From positions 1 through 44,925 of IMG/VR virus record IMGVR_UViG_3300023267_000003: DNA of 44,925 nucleotides; one strand, 5' to 3'. Shown piece by piece: positions 34,463 through 44,434 of the stretch. The stretch's first letter is position 1. Every line of letters starts with the position of its first letter. A program made the translations under genes and the position numbers. This DNA comes from a virus. Lineage: Duplodnaviria > Caudoviricetes. The notes beneath the pieces were generated by a model, which saw only the letters and a list, made by a program, of their open reading frames with translations, did not search any database and was not told where the DNA came from.

Positions 34463-36786
34463 TGGCAAATCCTTGGGACAATGACCCCATTGTTGGACAG
34501 GCCATAACCATCCCATCGACGGGTGAGCAGGCCACCGTCACCGGAAGCCAACGCGCTCAACCGCAATTCGGCGACGAGCAAATCGGCGATAACACCTACG
34601 TTCGCCCGCCGTGGGAGAGCGTGGTCGCAAACTCGCCCATGACGCAGGGCGGCGCGCTTGATACGCAATGGCAACCGCCCGCCCGCGATGATCCTAACGC
34701 CGCGCCGGGCGCGCTTGGCCGCGAGCTTCGCCGATACCGCGACGACGACGGAAATCTTGTTGTGGTGACCGAGGGCGGTAGTGATGGGCGTTTGCCTTTC
34801 GGAACCGGCGGGTTTGATCCGCAGGATATTGGGGCGAGTGCGGATGACGAGTTTCGCCGTGGCCTTGTTCCCGGCTTGCTTGGCCTCCCACAGGCATTCG
34901 GCGATTGGGTCAATAGCCGTGGTGACGTGAGCGACGAAGCCGCTGTTGCGCGCGATCAACAGCCGTTCGTCAGTAACATGGACCGCGCCATGGCGGCTCG
35001 CGGCATGGATACGCCAGACCGCAGGGGCGGCCTCGCCGACCTTCCGTCTGCTGCCGACCTTGACCTGTCGCTCAATGCGGATGCTCAGGGAAACTTGCCG
35101 GAACGGTATCGGACCACGACCACGGGTGGGGAAATCGCTCGGACGGCCACGCGCTATTCGCCGGGGCTTATCGGTGGGCCGGGCGCTGTGCTTCCGACGA
35201 TTGCCGCCGCCGCAGCCGATGAAACGGCAGGACAGACGGCTAGGGCATTGGGCGCTACTCAGGGCCAGGAAAATGCCGCGCGCCTTGTCGCGGGGCTGGG
35301 CGCGGGGTTTGTCCGTCCCGGTATTCGGGGCCGCACCCCTGAGGCCCCGGTCGCGCCGGGAGAGGCTTTCGATGCCGCCGCCCAACGCACCCTTGAACGC
35401 TCTATGCGCGGAACGCCCATCGCCGACATCAGGGCCACCGTAGAGCGCCAACGGGCGGCGGGGGCGGACCCTGTTCTTGCCGACGCCATGAACAGCTCTC
35501 AGCGGGGCCGCGTGCGCGCCGCCGCGTCCAAGGATACGCCCGCCCAGCAAGCCGCGATTGACTTCGCGGAGGGCCGACGCGTTGACGCGCAGGATTACGC
35601 CGCTGGCCTTGGCGAGCGCTTGTCGCCCGAAACCCGTTCCCCCGCTGCCGTTCAGGCTGAAATCGACAGCATCCGGCAAGCCGAGGCCGCCCAAAGCTAC
35701 GGCCCGATCTATGAACAGCCGGTAGCGGTTACGCCAGAAATTATGTCGGCCCTTGAGGGGGCTCCTGGCCGTGCCGCCATGATGCGAGCCCGCGCCGCCG
35801 CTGAAGCCCGCCGCCTGCCGGATCAGGTTGCGGAGATTGATGCCCTTATGGGGCCTAATCCGCCCGCGCAAGTTTCAACCGGCGTCATGGATCGCATCCG
35901 CATCGCTATGGAGGGTCGGGCGGCCAAGCTACAACAGAACCCCAACACGCGCGACGTTGCTGGCGGCCTGTTCGCTCGTGGTGCAGACATCGACGCTCCG
36001 CTTGTCGGTCCGCTTGAGCCAGCCCGCGCACCGTTCCGTGAAGCCATAGGAGAGGCCCAGGCTGTTGAGGCTGGCGCGCAAGTCATGCGTCCCGGCGGAA
36101 CCCGTGAGTATATCGAGAACGTCAACTCCATGACGCCCGGCCAGCGCCAAGCCGCCGCTGCTGGCGCTCGCTCTGCATGGGAAGATGCGGTTCAAACCCC
36201 CGCTGGGGCTGCTTCTGCTATGGACCGTATGGCCGTGGGGCGTGGGCTTCCGTCCCGCGTTGCCGCTATCGACCCAGCCGCCGCCCAAGCCATGCAGGAA
36301 GGCGCTGTTGTCGGGCGAGAGCAATTGACGACGGCTCGCCAGATCAACCCGCGTGACGGGTCGCCCACAAACCTTAACCGGGAGGCCTCTGACGCGCTTG
36401 ATGGCGTCTCTCAGGGCGTTCAGGCCGTAGCGGCTGTGAAGACCGGCGGTCTGTCCGCGCTTGTCCCCCGTGCGATTACGTTTTTCCAAAAGCTCGGCAT
36501 CTCGGATGCGGAGGCCCAACGCATTGTTTCGACGGCCCTGACGCGCGGGAAAAATCTGGACCGTGCGATTGCTCGTCTAGAAGCCCGGCAAGAGGGCGCT
36601 GGCCGCGCGCTGGAATGGATGGTCAAGCTTGGAAAGGCCAAGACGCCCGCCGTCCTTGAGCTTCGCCTAGCCAAGCTCCGCAGGGAAGCCCTGACCAGTC
36701 CCGCACTTGCCGCTCTCGTTCGTGAGATTGACCAAATGCGCGAAGAAGCCGCCCAACAGACGCCACAAGATCAACCGACCCAATAG
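34462..36786 (+). CDS. Large ejection / internal virion protein
   Basis: Ala-rich helical 774 aa; MANPWDNDPIV start; position in module. Confidence 0.7.
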   Translation: MANPWDNDPIVGQAITIPSTGEQATVTGSQRAQPQFGDEQIGDNTYVRPPWESVVANSPMTQGGALDTQWQPPARDDPNAAPGALGRELRRYRDDDGNLVVVTEGGSDGRLPFGTGGFDPQDIGASADDEFRRGLVPGLLGLPQAFGDWVNSRGDVSDEAAVARDQQPFVSNMDRAMAARGMDTPDRRGGLADLPSAADLDLSLNADAQGNLPERYRTTTTGGEIARTATRYSPGLIGGPGAVLPTIAAAAADETAGQTARALGATQGQENAARLVAGLGAGFVRPGIRGRTPEAPVAPGEAFDAAAQRTLERSMRGTPIADIRATVERQRAAGADPVLADAMNSSQRGRVRAAASKDTPAQQAAIDFAEGRRVDAQDYAAGLGERLSPETRSPAAVQAEIDSIRQAEAAQSYGPIYEQPVAVTPEIMSALEGAPGRAAMMRARAAAEARRLPDQVAEIDALMGPNPPAQVSTGVMDRIRIAMEGRAAKLQQNPNTRDVAGGLFARGADIDAPLVGPLEPARAPFREAIGEAQAVEAGAQVMRPGGTREYIENVNSMTPGQRQAAAAGARSAWEDAVQTPAGAASAMDRMAVGRGLPSRVAAIDPAAAQAMQEGAVVGREQLTTARQINPRDGSPTNLNREASDALDGVSQGVQAVAAVKTGGLSALVPRAITFFQKLGISDAEAQRIVSTALTRGKNLDRAIARLEARQEGAGRALEWMVKLGKAKTPAVLELRLAKLRREALTSPALAALVREIDQMREEAAQQTPQDQPTQ

Positions 36787-36787
36787 T

Positions 36788-36869
36788 CTAGCCTAAAGCC
36801 GTCCGAGAGGCTATAACTCGGCAAAGCATGGCCCGCCCGATAGGGGGTGAGCAAACCCATCCCGGATCA
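36788..36869 (+). promoter_or_regulatory. Putative late promoter motif, copy 2
   Basis: CTAGCCTA-N15-CTATA-N8-AAGCATGGCCC. Confidence 0.65.
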
Positions 36870-36875
36870 TGCTTC

Positions 36876-37916
36876 ATGGCTCTTACGCCTCAACGCCTGA
36901 AAGACCTTGAAACGGCGCTGGCCGTTCAGCCCATCACCACGGCGGCGGGCGCAAAGCTTTTGCCTTCGGATACGGTCGCTGGCGCTCTTATCGTCACTCA
37001 GGTTGACTCATCGGGCAACCCGGTTGTGTCGGGCGGCGACGCCACGGCGGCCAACCAAGTCCTTCAACTTGCCCAAGAAACCGCCATTTCCGGCAAGCTA
37101 CCCGCTACGCTCGGGACCAAGGCCGCCGCTGCGTCCCTGTCGGTCACGCCCTCATCGGACGGTACGTTCATTGTCGGCGGAGCAGCCGCTGACGGCGCGG
37201 CTGTTTCCGGCAGTCCGGTTCGTATCGGCGGCAAGGATGGTTCCGGCAACACGCAGGACATCATCACCGACACGACAGGCAATATGGTTGTGGTCGGCAA
37301 CGTCGCCGACTCCGCTGCGGACAGCGGCAATCCCGTCAAGGTGGGCGGAATAAGCCTGACCACCACCCCCACGCTGGCGGATGGCCAGCGCGGAAATTTG
37401 CAGCTTGGGACGCGCGGCTCTCTAAAGGTTGAGCTTTATTCTCCCGGTTCTGCCTCAGCACTTTCGACAGGGCCTGACAATATTGACGGCGTGACCGTCG
37501 CGTCCACGAACTCGCGCCTGTTTGTCGCGGCCCGTGGTTATGACTTCAACGGTACGTCATGGGACCGCAGGGTAAAGTCCAACGCCTCCTCCCGCATCGT
37601 TTCCGCCGCCAATTCCACCAACTCCACCTTGGCAAAGGGCTCGGCGGGCAACGTCCACATGTTGACCGGCTACAATTCCAATGCGGCGCTGCGCTATCTG
37701 AAGCTCTACAACAAGGCCACGGCCCCCACCGTAGGCACCGATACCCCGGTGTTTACGTTCGCGCTCCCGCCGACCGCCGCCTTTGCCTTCGATTTCGCGG
37801 GGGGGCATTACTTCGCGACCGGCATTGGCTACGGCCTGACAACGGGCTCGGCGGACGCCGACACGGGGGCCGTAACCGCCGGTGACATTCTCGGCCTCAA
37901 CGTGGCCTATTCCTGA
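36876..37916 (+). CDS. Virion structural protein (fibre-like)
   Basis: ATAANQ, internal G.PV.IGG repeat, YLKLYNKATAPTVGTDTP. Confidence 0.7.
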   Translation: MALTPQRLKDLETALAVQPITTAAGAKLLPSDTVAGALIVTQVDSSGNPVVSGGDATAANQVLQLAQETAISGKLPATLGTKAAAASLSVTPSSDGTFIVGGAAADGAAVSGSPVRIGGKDGSGNTQDIITDTTGNMVVVGNVADSAADSGNPVKVGGISLTTTPTLADGQRGNLQLGTRGSLKVELYSPGSASALSTGPDNIDGVTVASTNSRLFVAARGYDFNGTSWDRRVKSNASSRIVSAANSTNSTLAKGSAGNVHMLTGYNSNAALRYLKLYNKATAPTVGTDTPVFTFALPPTAAFAFDFAGGHYFATGIGYGLTTGSADADTGAVTAGDILGLNVAYS

Positions 37917-38188
37917 TGAGCGGCTTTTCAGCGAGCCTGCCGAATTCAACCGAGGCCGCTCAGGGGATTACGCCCTCGGGTAGCCCGTTTACGTGGGTGA
38001 ATACCGTTGGGGTGAGCGTGCAGGTTATCGTCTCGGGCGGAACCGTCACGATCATCAACCTGCGCCCGCAGAATGCTACCGACGTTCTGGTCGGTCTGGT
38101 TGCCGGAACCGCGCTGCTGCGCCCCGGCGATGCGATCAAGGTGACGTATGCTGTTGCCCCAACCATGTCCTACGTGCGGTGTAGTTGA
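37916..38188 (+). CDS. Small structural protein
   Basis: SGSPFTW...SGGTV...LRPGDAIKVTYAVAP. Confidence 0.65.
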   Translation: MSGFSASLPNSTEAAQGITPSGSPFTWVNTVGVSVQVIVSGGTVTIINLRPQNATDVLVGLVAGTALLRPGDAIKVTYAVAPTMSYVRCS

Positions 38189-41094
38189 TGGCCGGTCGCA
38201 TTGTTCTTGGGCTGGGAAACCCCGCGCTGGATGAAGACGGCGCTGTCATCGAAGGCTCGCGCCTGTACTTCTACATTAGCGGGACCACGACCCTTCAAAA
38301 CATCTACGACTCCAAGGCCGATGCGGTCGGGCTCGTAAACCCGCTGGACAACCCCGTTATTGCCGACGCGGCTGGGCGGTTCCCCGACTTCTGGGCTCCT
38401 ACGCCCGATGAGGTCGATGCGGCCTACACCTACTCCGTGCAATGGACGGATGCGGCGGGAATCCCCATTCGCACTTTTGAAGACATCGCCCCTATCTACG
38501 TTGACGACACGGGCGGTACTGGCGAACCGGGTGTTTACTACCTTCAAGACGGCCCCGGCGTGCTGGACGGGACCGATGTCGATGTTCCCGCCCTCAACGG
38601 CTACATCGACACCATCGTTTCGGCCCCCGGCATCCTGAAACTGCCCGCCGCCACTCTCGCCATGTCGGACAAGTCGCTTGTCCTCAAGCAGGGCGCTCCG
38701 CTGGTGGGGCAAGGCATGGACCTGACGGAGCTGGACTTCTCCGCAGACACCGATTGGGCGTCCTCGACCGGCATGATTACGGCCACAGGGACGGGTCCGG
38801 GGGCATGGAATCCGATCAGCGTGGGCGTGACCAAGGGCCAGACGAAGGTGACCGCCACGGGCGACCTGACGCCCTACATCGCGCAGGGTCACGTCATGAT
38901 CCGCTCGACGGAATGGGCGACCCCCCACATCGCCGACATCGAGAAGTGGATTTGGACGCCATCGGCGGCAATCGTCAAGGGCGCGCTGACGTGGGCGAAC
39001 GGCAACTGGTATATCTGCACGACGGCAGGAACGACCGCCGCGACGGCCCCGACATCGACGGCCAATCCGGTCACGGATGGAACGGCGGTTCTCTACTATA
39101 TCGACTATTCGAACAGCCAAGAGCAACAGCGCTGGGCGGCATCCACCGCTGTGGCCTTGGGCGCAATTCGGGTTGATACGTCCGCCCGGATGCTGATTTG
39201 CGTAACGGCGGGAACCACGGGCACCGTTACCCCCGCCTTCTCCGCATCGTCCAGCCTGTTGCTCGTGACCGACAACACGGTGACGTGGCGCTATGCGGGC
39301 TATTACAACGCCACCAAGGGCGAGTTGAAGCCCTACGGCGTCGATAGGGTATCGGGCTCGGTCATCTATCTCAACGAACCGATTGAAGACAGCTACCCGC
39401 TTAGCTACACGGGCGTCACCTTCACGGTTGAAATCGCCCCCGTCACGCTGGCGGAAATCGAGCTTAGCGACCTGACCATTCGGGGCTCCGGCTACAACCC
39501 GTCCAGCCTGTCGGCTGTTGGATCGGGAACGGCGCTTTACTACACGTCCAGCCAGTTGTTCGACATTGGATTGCAGGTCAAGTGGTGCATCCTTACCCTT
39601 CGCCGGGTGCGATTCATTGATGTTGAACAGTTCGGCTGGCATCGTTTCTGCTCTGTGGTCCGCACGTTTGATTGCGAATACATCAACGCGCCTGCTCACA
39701 TCGACTCGCAGCAGTATGGCGGCTTTGCCCAAGCGGCGGGTGACGTTTACGAGAGCAATCCGTTCTGCGTCAACTCCCGCCACCTTAACGACGGTGACGG
39801 CTCGGCATCGTTGAGCCAAGACTTCTATCGAGGCGTGCCCGGTGCGATCACCGTGGTCGGTTCAAAGGCGCGCGGCGTCTGGCAGTCTGTTGTCGGCAAC
39901 CACAGGGACTCCCGCCGCCTCGTCTGCACCGGCTTTGACTGGACCGTCCTGACTTCGGGCTTTAAGTCGCGGTGCTATGACTACCTGCTAGGCGATGGCA
40001 TGATTGTCGGGCCTCGCTACGCCACGTCGGCGGAATACATCGCGCAAGACGGGCTGGTCACGGTTTACTATCAGGGCAACCGGGGGTCGGTTTCAAACGT
40101 GCGTGTTGACGGCGGCGTTTACGGGCTTCGCATCTCGGATTGCGACGGCTCAATCGACGGCGTGAACATCCAAATGGAAATCACGAACGCGTTGGACTAC
40201 GGCGCGCGTATCGGTACGGCGGCGAGTGATGAGTTCAACAACCTGAACCTGGACCTGAACATTTCAGGGACCATCACCTATGACAACATCCTGATCGACG
40301 GGACGACGGATAACAGCTCGTTCAGGCTGCGCTACAACGGTGGGCGGCTTGGCATCACGAACTCCAACAAGAAACAGGCGATCACCCGAACCAGCTTTGA
40401 CGTGTCCGGCGTCGGCTGCACGAACACCCCCGTTGAGCTTTACAACTGGTCTGGCGGGACCCTACAAACCAAGTCGATCCAGTCGAGCTATGACGGCGTT
40501 CTCGTGCGCCTGACGGACTGTGTTGGGGTTACCTACGCTTCGGGACAGATCACCTGTGCCAGCACGTTTACGTCCAGCGCGATCAAGGTTGACGCAACCC
40601 TGCTTTCGGCGAGCCAGCGCGTCGTGGTCATGCCGCAAACGGTCATTTCCCCGTCCAGCACGGGGACAGCGCTTGAAGTCTCTGCCGACGTCTCAAGCTC
40701 CGACTTCCATGCGGTGAACACGAGCTGCGCCACGCGGATCAATGCGGGGGCCAACGCGACGAACCGCTACGCCGACGCTCCCAACAATGTTCAGGACGGG
40801 GCGTACATATTCGCCTACCAGGACATGCAATGCGACGGGTTCAATCGCACCGTTACGCATACGTCGGGCTCTGCCCACGCATGGACGCTTAACGCTGGCG
40901 TGTTCCCGGTGGGCGCGCGGATCAATTATTCGAACTCGGGTTCAGGTTTGGTCACCCTGACTCGTGGCGCTGGCATCGCCATCCGGCTTGCTGGTGCTGA
41001 TGCTAACCGTGTCGTCGCTCAATACGGCGGCGGAAGCCTTGTGCAGATTGCTACGGATTCGTGGATTTGCCAGGGCGCAGTTTTGACCACTTAG
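38188..41094 (+). CDS. Tailspike, copy 2 (head-binding N-terminus, beta-helix, two inserted CBM-like repeats)
   Basis: LYFYISGTTT...NPVIADAAGR; W....Y.CTTAGTT...VTDGT-type repeat twice. Confidence 0.82.
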   Translation: MAGRIVLGLGNPALDEDGAVIEGSRLYFYISGTTTLQNIYDSKADAVGLVNPLDNPVIADAAGRFPDFWAPTPDEVDAAYTYSVQWTDAAGIPIRTFEDIAPIYVDDTGGTGEPGVYYLQDGPGVLDGTDVDVPALNGYIDTIVSAPGILKLPAATLAMSDKSLVLKQGAPLVGQGMDLTELDFSADTDWASSTGMITATGTGPGAWNPISVGVTKGQTKVTATGDLTPYIAQGHVMIRSTEWATPHIADIEKWIWTPSAAIVKGALTWANGNWYICTTAGTTAATAPTSTANPVTDGTAVLYYIDYSNSQEQQRWAASTAVALGAIRVDTSARMLICVTAGTTGTVTPAFSASSSLLLVTDNTVTWRYAGYYNATKGELKPYGVDRVSGSVIYLNEPIEDSYPLSYTGVTFTVEIAPVTLAEIELSDLTIRGSGYNPSSLSAVGSGTALYYTSSQLFDIGLQVKWCILTLRRVRFIDVEQFGWHRFCSVVRTFDCEYINAPAHIDSQQYGGFAQAAGDVYESNPFCVNSRHLNDGDGSASLSQDFYRGVPGAITVVGSKARGVWQSVVGNHRDSRRLVCTGFDWTVLTSGFKSRCYDYLLGDGMIVGPRYATSAEYIAQDGLVTVYYQGNRGSVSNVRVDGGVYGLRISDCDGSIDGVNIQMEITNALDYGARIGTAASDEFNNLNLDLNISGTITYDNILIDGTTDNSSFRLRYNGGRLGITNSNKKQAITRTSFDVSGVGCTNTPVELYNWSGGTLQTKSIQSSYDGVLVRLTDCVGVTYASGQITCASTFTSSAIKVDATLLSASQRVVVMPQTVISPSSTGTALEVSADVSSSDFHAVNTSCATRINAGANATNRYADAPNNVQDGAYIFAYQDMQCDGFNRTVTHTSGSAHAWTLNAGVFPVGARINYSNSGSGLVTLTRGAGIAIRLAGADANRVVAQYGGGSLVQIATDSWICQGAVLTT

Positions 41095-41121
41095 CGCGTT
41101 ACCTTCTCAGGAGAAGCCCCA

Positions 41122-41367
41122 ATGTCTAGCCCGACCACCGCCCAACTCAACGCATGGGGAGCCGTCTGTGCTACCCTGAAAGCCGCCGAACCGCTCGCGC
41201 CTTCAGGTGCCAACCCCATCAAGGCGACCCGTGTTCAACAGCACGTCGGCGCTTACATTGACGACATCGCCAACGCGCTTGAAATGGACGTAGGCGACCT
41301 CCGCGACGCTATCGAGGCCAGCGCGGGCTATACGAACAGCGGCGGGTCTGGCGCGATATGCAGCTAG
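41122..41367 (+). CDS. Hypothetical protein
   Basis: AGGAG SD. Confidence 0.6.
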   Translation: MSSPTTAQLNAWGAVCATLKAAEPLAPSGANPIKATRVQQHVGAYIDDIANALEMDVGDLRDAIEASAGYTNSGGSGAICS

Positions 41368-41846
41368 TCGGCTGGGCCATGCTGTTCGGGTTGGGCTGGC
41401 TAGCGATAGTCGGCCTGAACGCGCTTGCGTGGTCCTCCGACCGCAGGCGGTATGTTGACGCCGTAGGCCTCGCCTTTTTGATGCTGGTCAACTGGTCGAT
41501 ATGCCAAAGCTCGCTGGCCTATTTCGGGGTTCCCGATGGTATGCGCCTGTGGCCGCTGTGGGACGGGCTCTGCGCTGTTGTCGTGGCCGTGGCTTGGACG
41601 ACTGATCGCAGGAAGTGGAAGGCTGTCCTGCTGGGCTCGTTCGTCGCCATGATGGCGCTGCACCTAGCGTTCTGGCTACACTATCTAGGGTCCGCGACAA
41701 GTGCTAGCACTTACCTTAAGTTGCTGGACGTCGCTGCGCTGGTGCAGATGGCGATTGCGGGGTGGCCGGGTGCAAATCATGTTGCAGGTCGTCTTTGTGA
41801 CCTTCTGTTCCCTAGCGGTCCTCGCGTCCGTCATTTGGGCCATTGA
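41358..41846 (+). CDS. Multi-pass membrane protein
   Basis: About five hydrophobic segments. Confidence 0.65.
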   Translation: MQLVGWAMLFGLGWLAIVGLNALAWSSDRRRYVDAVGLAFLMLVNWSICQSSLAYFGVPDGMRLWPLWDGLCAVVVAVAWTTDRRKWKAVLLGSFVAMMALHLAFWLHYLGSATSASTYLKLLDVAALVQMAIAGWPGANHVAGRLCDLLFPSGPRVRHLGH

Positions 41847-42046
41847 TCGTGTCTCTCGCGGTTCTGGAATCAAAACTAAACGACCTCCGCCTAGACCATG
41901 AGAAGCTGGAGATTGTGGTTGAGAAGCAGGGCGTGGCCCTCAACCTCGCCCTTCGCCAGCAGTCGTGGATTCTTGGGCTTGGGGTTGGGCTTGGCGGGGC
42001 AGGGATGCTGCTGGTTCAGCTTGTAATTCAAAAGGTGTTCGGGTGA
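41843..42046 (+). CDS. Coiled-coil plus C-terminal TM protein (holin/antiholin-like)
   Basis: TTGA coupling; hydrophobic C-terminus. Confidence 0.55.
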   Translation: MIVSLAVLESKLNDLRLDHEKLEIVVEKQGVALNLALRQQSWILGLGVGLGGAGMLLVQLVIQKVFG

Positions 42047-42243
42047 TTGAAGGCCAAGACGCCATTCTTGCACGCCTGGACGAGCGCACCGCGTCCATTG
42101 CGCGCGATGTGGAGTCGCTCAAAAAGGGTTTCGTAACCACCGACAGGTTTCGCCCGGTGGAAATGCTTGTCTATGGGCAGGCCGCCGTCATGCTCGCCGC
42201 CGTTCTGGCCGCCATTCTGTACGTTGCGGGGGTCGGGCATTGA
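42043..42243 (+). CDS. Coiled-coil plus C-terminal TM protein (holin-like)
   Basis: LARLDERT...FRPVEMLVYG followed by a TM helix. Confidence 0.6.
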   Translation: MIEGQDAILARLDERTASIARDVESLKKGFVTTDRFRPVEMLVYGQAAVMLAAVLAAILYVAGVGH

Positions 42244-42680
42244 GAAGCATCCTCATCAATGCGTTTACCGTAGTCCTGACCGTAAGCGGGCTTGCTGCCG
42301 TATGGATGCTTGGGCAGGCGGTTATATTCCACGATCCGCCCGCGCGCGTTCAAGCCGTGATATCGGCCACGCCGAGCGCGGCAAGAGGCGCCCTTGTGGT
42401 CATAAAGGTTGCCGAGCATCTTACCGTCCCATCCGACTGCATCGGAACCACGCTCTACTTTTTCCAGTATGCGGACGGCGCGTTCTCCAAGGCCCCGGGC
42501 TACCGCACCATCGTTCCCGGCAGACCGGCTTTTGTCACCTATGAAGCCAATGTTCCGCTGGCGGCTCACGTCGGACACGCAAAGTTCTTCGCCCGAGACT
42601 TCTTCCCCTGTCAGGTTCCCGGACCGGGCGGGGCGCGCTCTATAGACACCCCTCTTATCCCCATTGAGATATTGCCATGA
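42240..42680 (+). CDS. Membrane-anchored lysis-region protein
   Basis: N-terminal TM; two Cys in the predicted periplasmic domain. Confidence 0.6.
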   Translation: MRSILINAFTVVLTVSGLAAVWMLGQAVIFHDPPARVQAVISATPSAARGALVVIKVAEHLTVPSDCIGTTLYFFQYADGAFSKAPGYRTIVPGRPAFVTYEANVPLAAHVGHAKFFARDFFPCQVPGPGGARSIDTPLIPIEILP

Positions 42681-42823
42681 CCATGACCCTGATTCTGCTA
42701 GTCGTTGCCTTGGTTCTCGTCATCATCGACGTGATCCAGCAGCTTTCCGGACGCGCTGTCATAGCCGCCCCGCTGACGCCCATTGCGTGCCTTCTGGTCA
42801 TCGTGACCTTGCTGATCAGATGA
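42677..42823 (+). CDS. Small 2-TM protein (not in ORF track)
   Basis: MTMTLILLVVALVLVIIDV...PIACLLVIVTLLIR; ATGA-coupled at both ends. Confidence 0.6.
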   Translation: MTMTLILLVVALVLVIIDVIQQLSGRAVIAAPLTPIACLLVIVTLLIR

Positions 42824-43212
42824 CCCCCAACCCCTCGGCCAGCCTTCCCGGCGTCTCTGCTGAGCTTGGCGCGGTCATCCCGGTCAGCATATGGAAAAAC
42901 CGCGTGGTGTGGGGCGCGTTTGCCCTGCCTGCGTGGTTCATTTGGGCGTGCATCGTGGGCTGGCAGAAGGGCGACGGCTGGCCGGTGGCGGTGGCCTACG
43001 TGTTCCTGTGCTTCCTCGTCATCACCACGGCGAGCGCGGAACAAGCGTTGAAGGGCTTCCAACTGGCGTCCGTGATGAAGGCGGGGGTGAACCTGAACGC
43101 GACGGCCACGGCATCGTCGGCCGACGGAACCGCCACTACGACGGCAACCGCGACAACGCCGCCCGACAATGCTAGGGTTACTCGGAAAGCAAAAGTGGAG
43201 CCGTCCCCTTGA
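42820..43212 (+). CDS. Putative holin
   Basis: Two TM helices immediately before the endolysin. Confidence 0.55.
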   Translation: MTPNPSASLPGVSAELGAVIPVSIWKNRVVWGAFALPAWFIWACIVGWQKGDGWPVAVAYVFLCFLVITTASAEQALKGFQLASVMKAGVNLNATATASSADGTATTTATATTPPDNARVTRKAKVEPSP

Positions 43213-43721
43213 CGTTCAAGCTTGGTCCCAAGTCGATAGCGAACATGGCGCACCTTCACCCGTCGATGGTGAAGCTGGCGCACGCGGCGATTGCCCGATC
43301 TGCGATTGATTGGGGCTTCACGGAACCGCTCACCAGAACCAAGCAACAGCAGGCCGAAAAGGTGCGGCTTGGCTATTCGAAGACCATGAACTCCAACCAC
43401 CTGATCAAGCCCGATGGCTACGGCCATGCGGTGGATTGCGTGCCGTGGATCAATGGCCACTTCACATGGGGCGGCACCGGCCTTGGATGGCCCATCGTCA
43501 TCGACGGCGAAAAGGTGTTCCCGTTTGCTACGATTGCCGACGCTTGGCGTTCCGCCGCGATTGACGCCAACATAGGCATTACGTGGGGCGGGGTTTGGGA
43601 CCGCGACCTTCGCGATTTGCCCGCCGGAGCGCTGAACATTCACGCCGCGATGATTGCCTACAACGAACGACATCCGGGGCGAGATTTCAATGACGGCCCG
43701 CACATGGAGCTGAGAACATGA
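43209..43721 (+). CDS. Endolysin, peptidase M15 (L-Ala-D-Glu type)
   Basis: R..QQ...SKTMNSNHL...GHAVD...WGGVW...DGPHMEL. Confidence 0.9.
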   Translation: MTFKLGPKSIANMAHLHPSMVKLAHAAIARSAIDWGFTEPLTRTKQQQAEKVRLGYSKTMNSNHLIKPDGYGHAVDCVPWINGHFTWGGTGLGWPIVIDGEKVFPFATIADAWRSAAIDANIGITWGGVWDRDLRDLPAGALNIHAAMIAYNERHPGRDFNDGPHMELRT

Positions 43722-43837
43722 TCCGCGAAGGTTGGCTAATCGAAGGCTGGGGTGGATCGACCGCCCGTGAAACCGACAACGGCTTTATCCGCGACGGCGG
43801 CTCGGGCTGCGTTGAAGGCTGGGGCGGCATCGGATGA
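43718..43837 (+). CDS. 39-aa peptide with a duplicated IRxG...EGWGG motif
   Basis: Translated by hand; ATGA-coupled at both ends. Confidence 0.45.
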   Translation: MIREGWLIEGWGGSTARETDNGFIRDGGSGCVEGWGGIG

Positions 43838-44226
43838 AGCTCCCGCCGGTAAACGAGGTCAGCGCTGTAGGCTATGCAGCGGCAGCTTTGGTCGTCCTGC
43901 TGGCGATGTGGGCTCTGTGGTGGGCCATCATCATCCGACCCGCCGACAATGCCCGCCAAGCCCGAGAGAGCGCCGTACAGGCCACCCTATCGGAAACCCG
44001 CACCGAATCCGCCAAGGAAGCCGCAAGCGTCTCAGACGGCGTTTCTCGCGGTTCCGCAGCCATTGAAGACACAACCCGAAAGAACCGCGATGAAATCCTT
44101 GCCCAGCCCGGCGCGTCGGTCTTGGTTTCCCCTGAGGTCGCTGCTGCTGGTCGCCGCGCTATCTGCATGCGCCAGTCCTCGCGCAACGATCCAGCTTGCG
44201 TCGGGATGCAGCGAGCTAATCCCTGA
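43834..44226 (+). CDS. i-spanin (Rz-like)
   Basis: N-terminal TM plus helical domain after the endolysin. Confidence 0.75.
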   Translation: MKLPPVNEVSAVGYAAAALVVLLAMWALWWAIIIRPADNARQARESAVQATLSETRTESAKEAASVSDGVSRGSAAIEDTTRKNRDEILAQPGASVLVSPEVAAAGRRAICMRQSSRNDPACVGMQRANP

Positions 44227-44434
44227 GAGCATTCGGGCTCCTGTAGAGGCTCCGGCGCTTCCTCAGTCTGATACGGCTGGCGACTGGATTTCGTTCGGGG
44301 ATGCGGCGGTGGGTCGGCTGGACACGGCGAACCTGCATACGAAGGCCGCTGTGGAGATTGTCGCGGGGTGCGAGGCTCGGGACAGGGCGGCGGTCGCTAA
44401 GATCGAACGGCCCTTCTGGAAGTTTTGGGGGTAG
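44090..44434 (+). CDS. o-spanin (Rz1-like lipoprotein)
   Basis: Overlaps the i-spanin in another frame; lipobox LSAC; Pro-rich. Confidence 0.75.
   Translation: MKSLPSPARRSWFPLRSLLLVAALSACASPRATIQLASGCSELIPESIRAPVEAPALPQSDTAGDWISFGDAAVGRLDTANLHTKAAVEIVAGCEARDRAAVAKIERPFWKFWG

Noticed and set aside
38170-39819. Long antisense ORFs (also 34441..35871, 32756..33811, 23469..24554)
   Set aside because: Shadows of GC-rich sense genes with no motifs.
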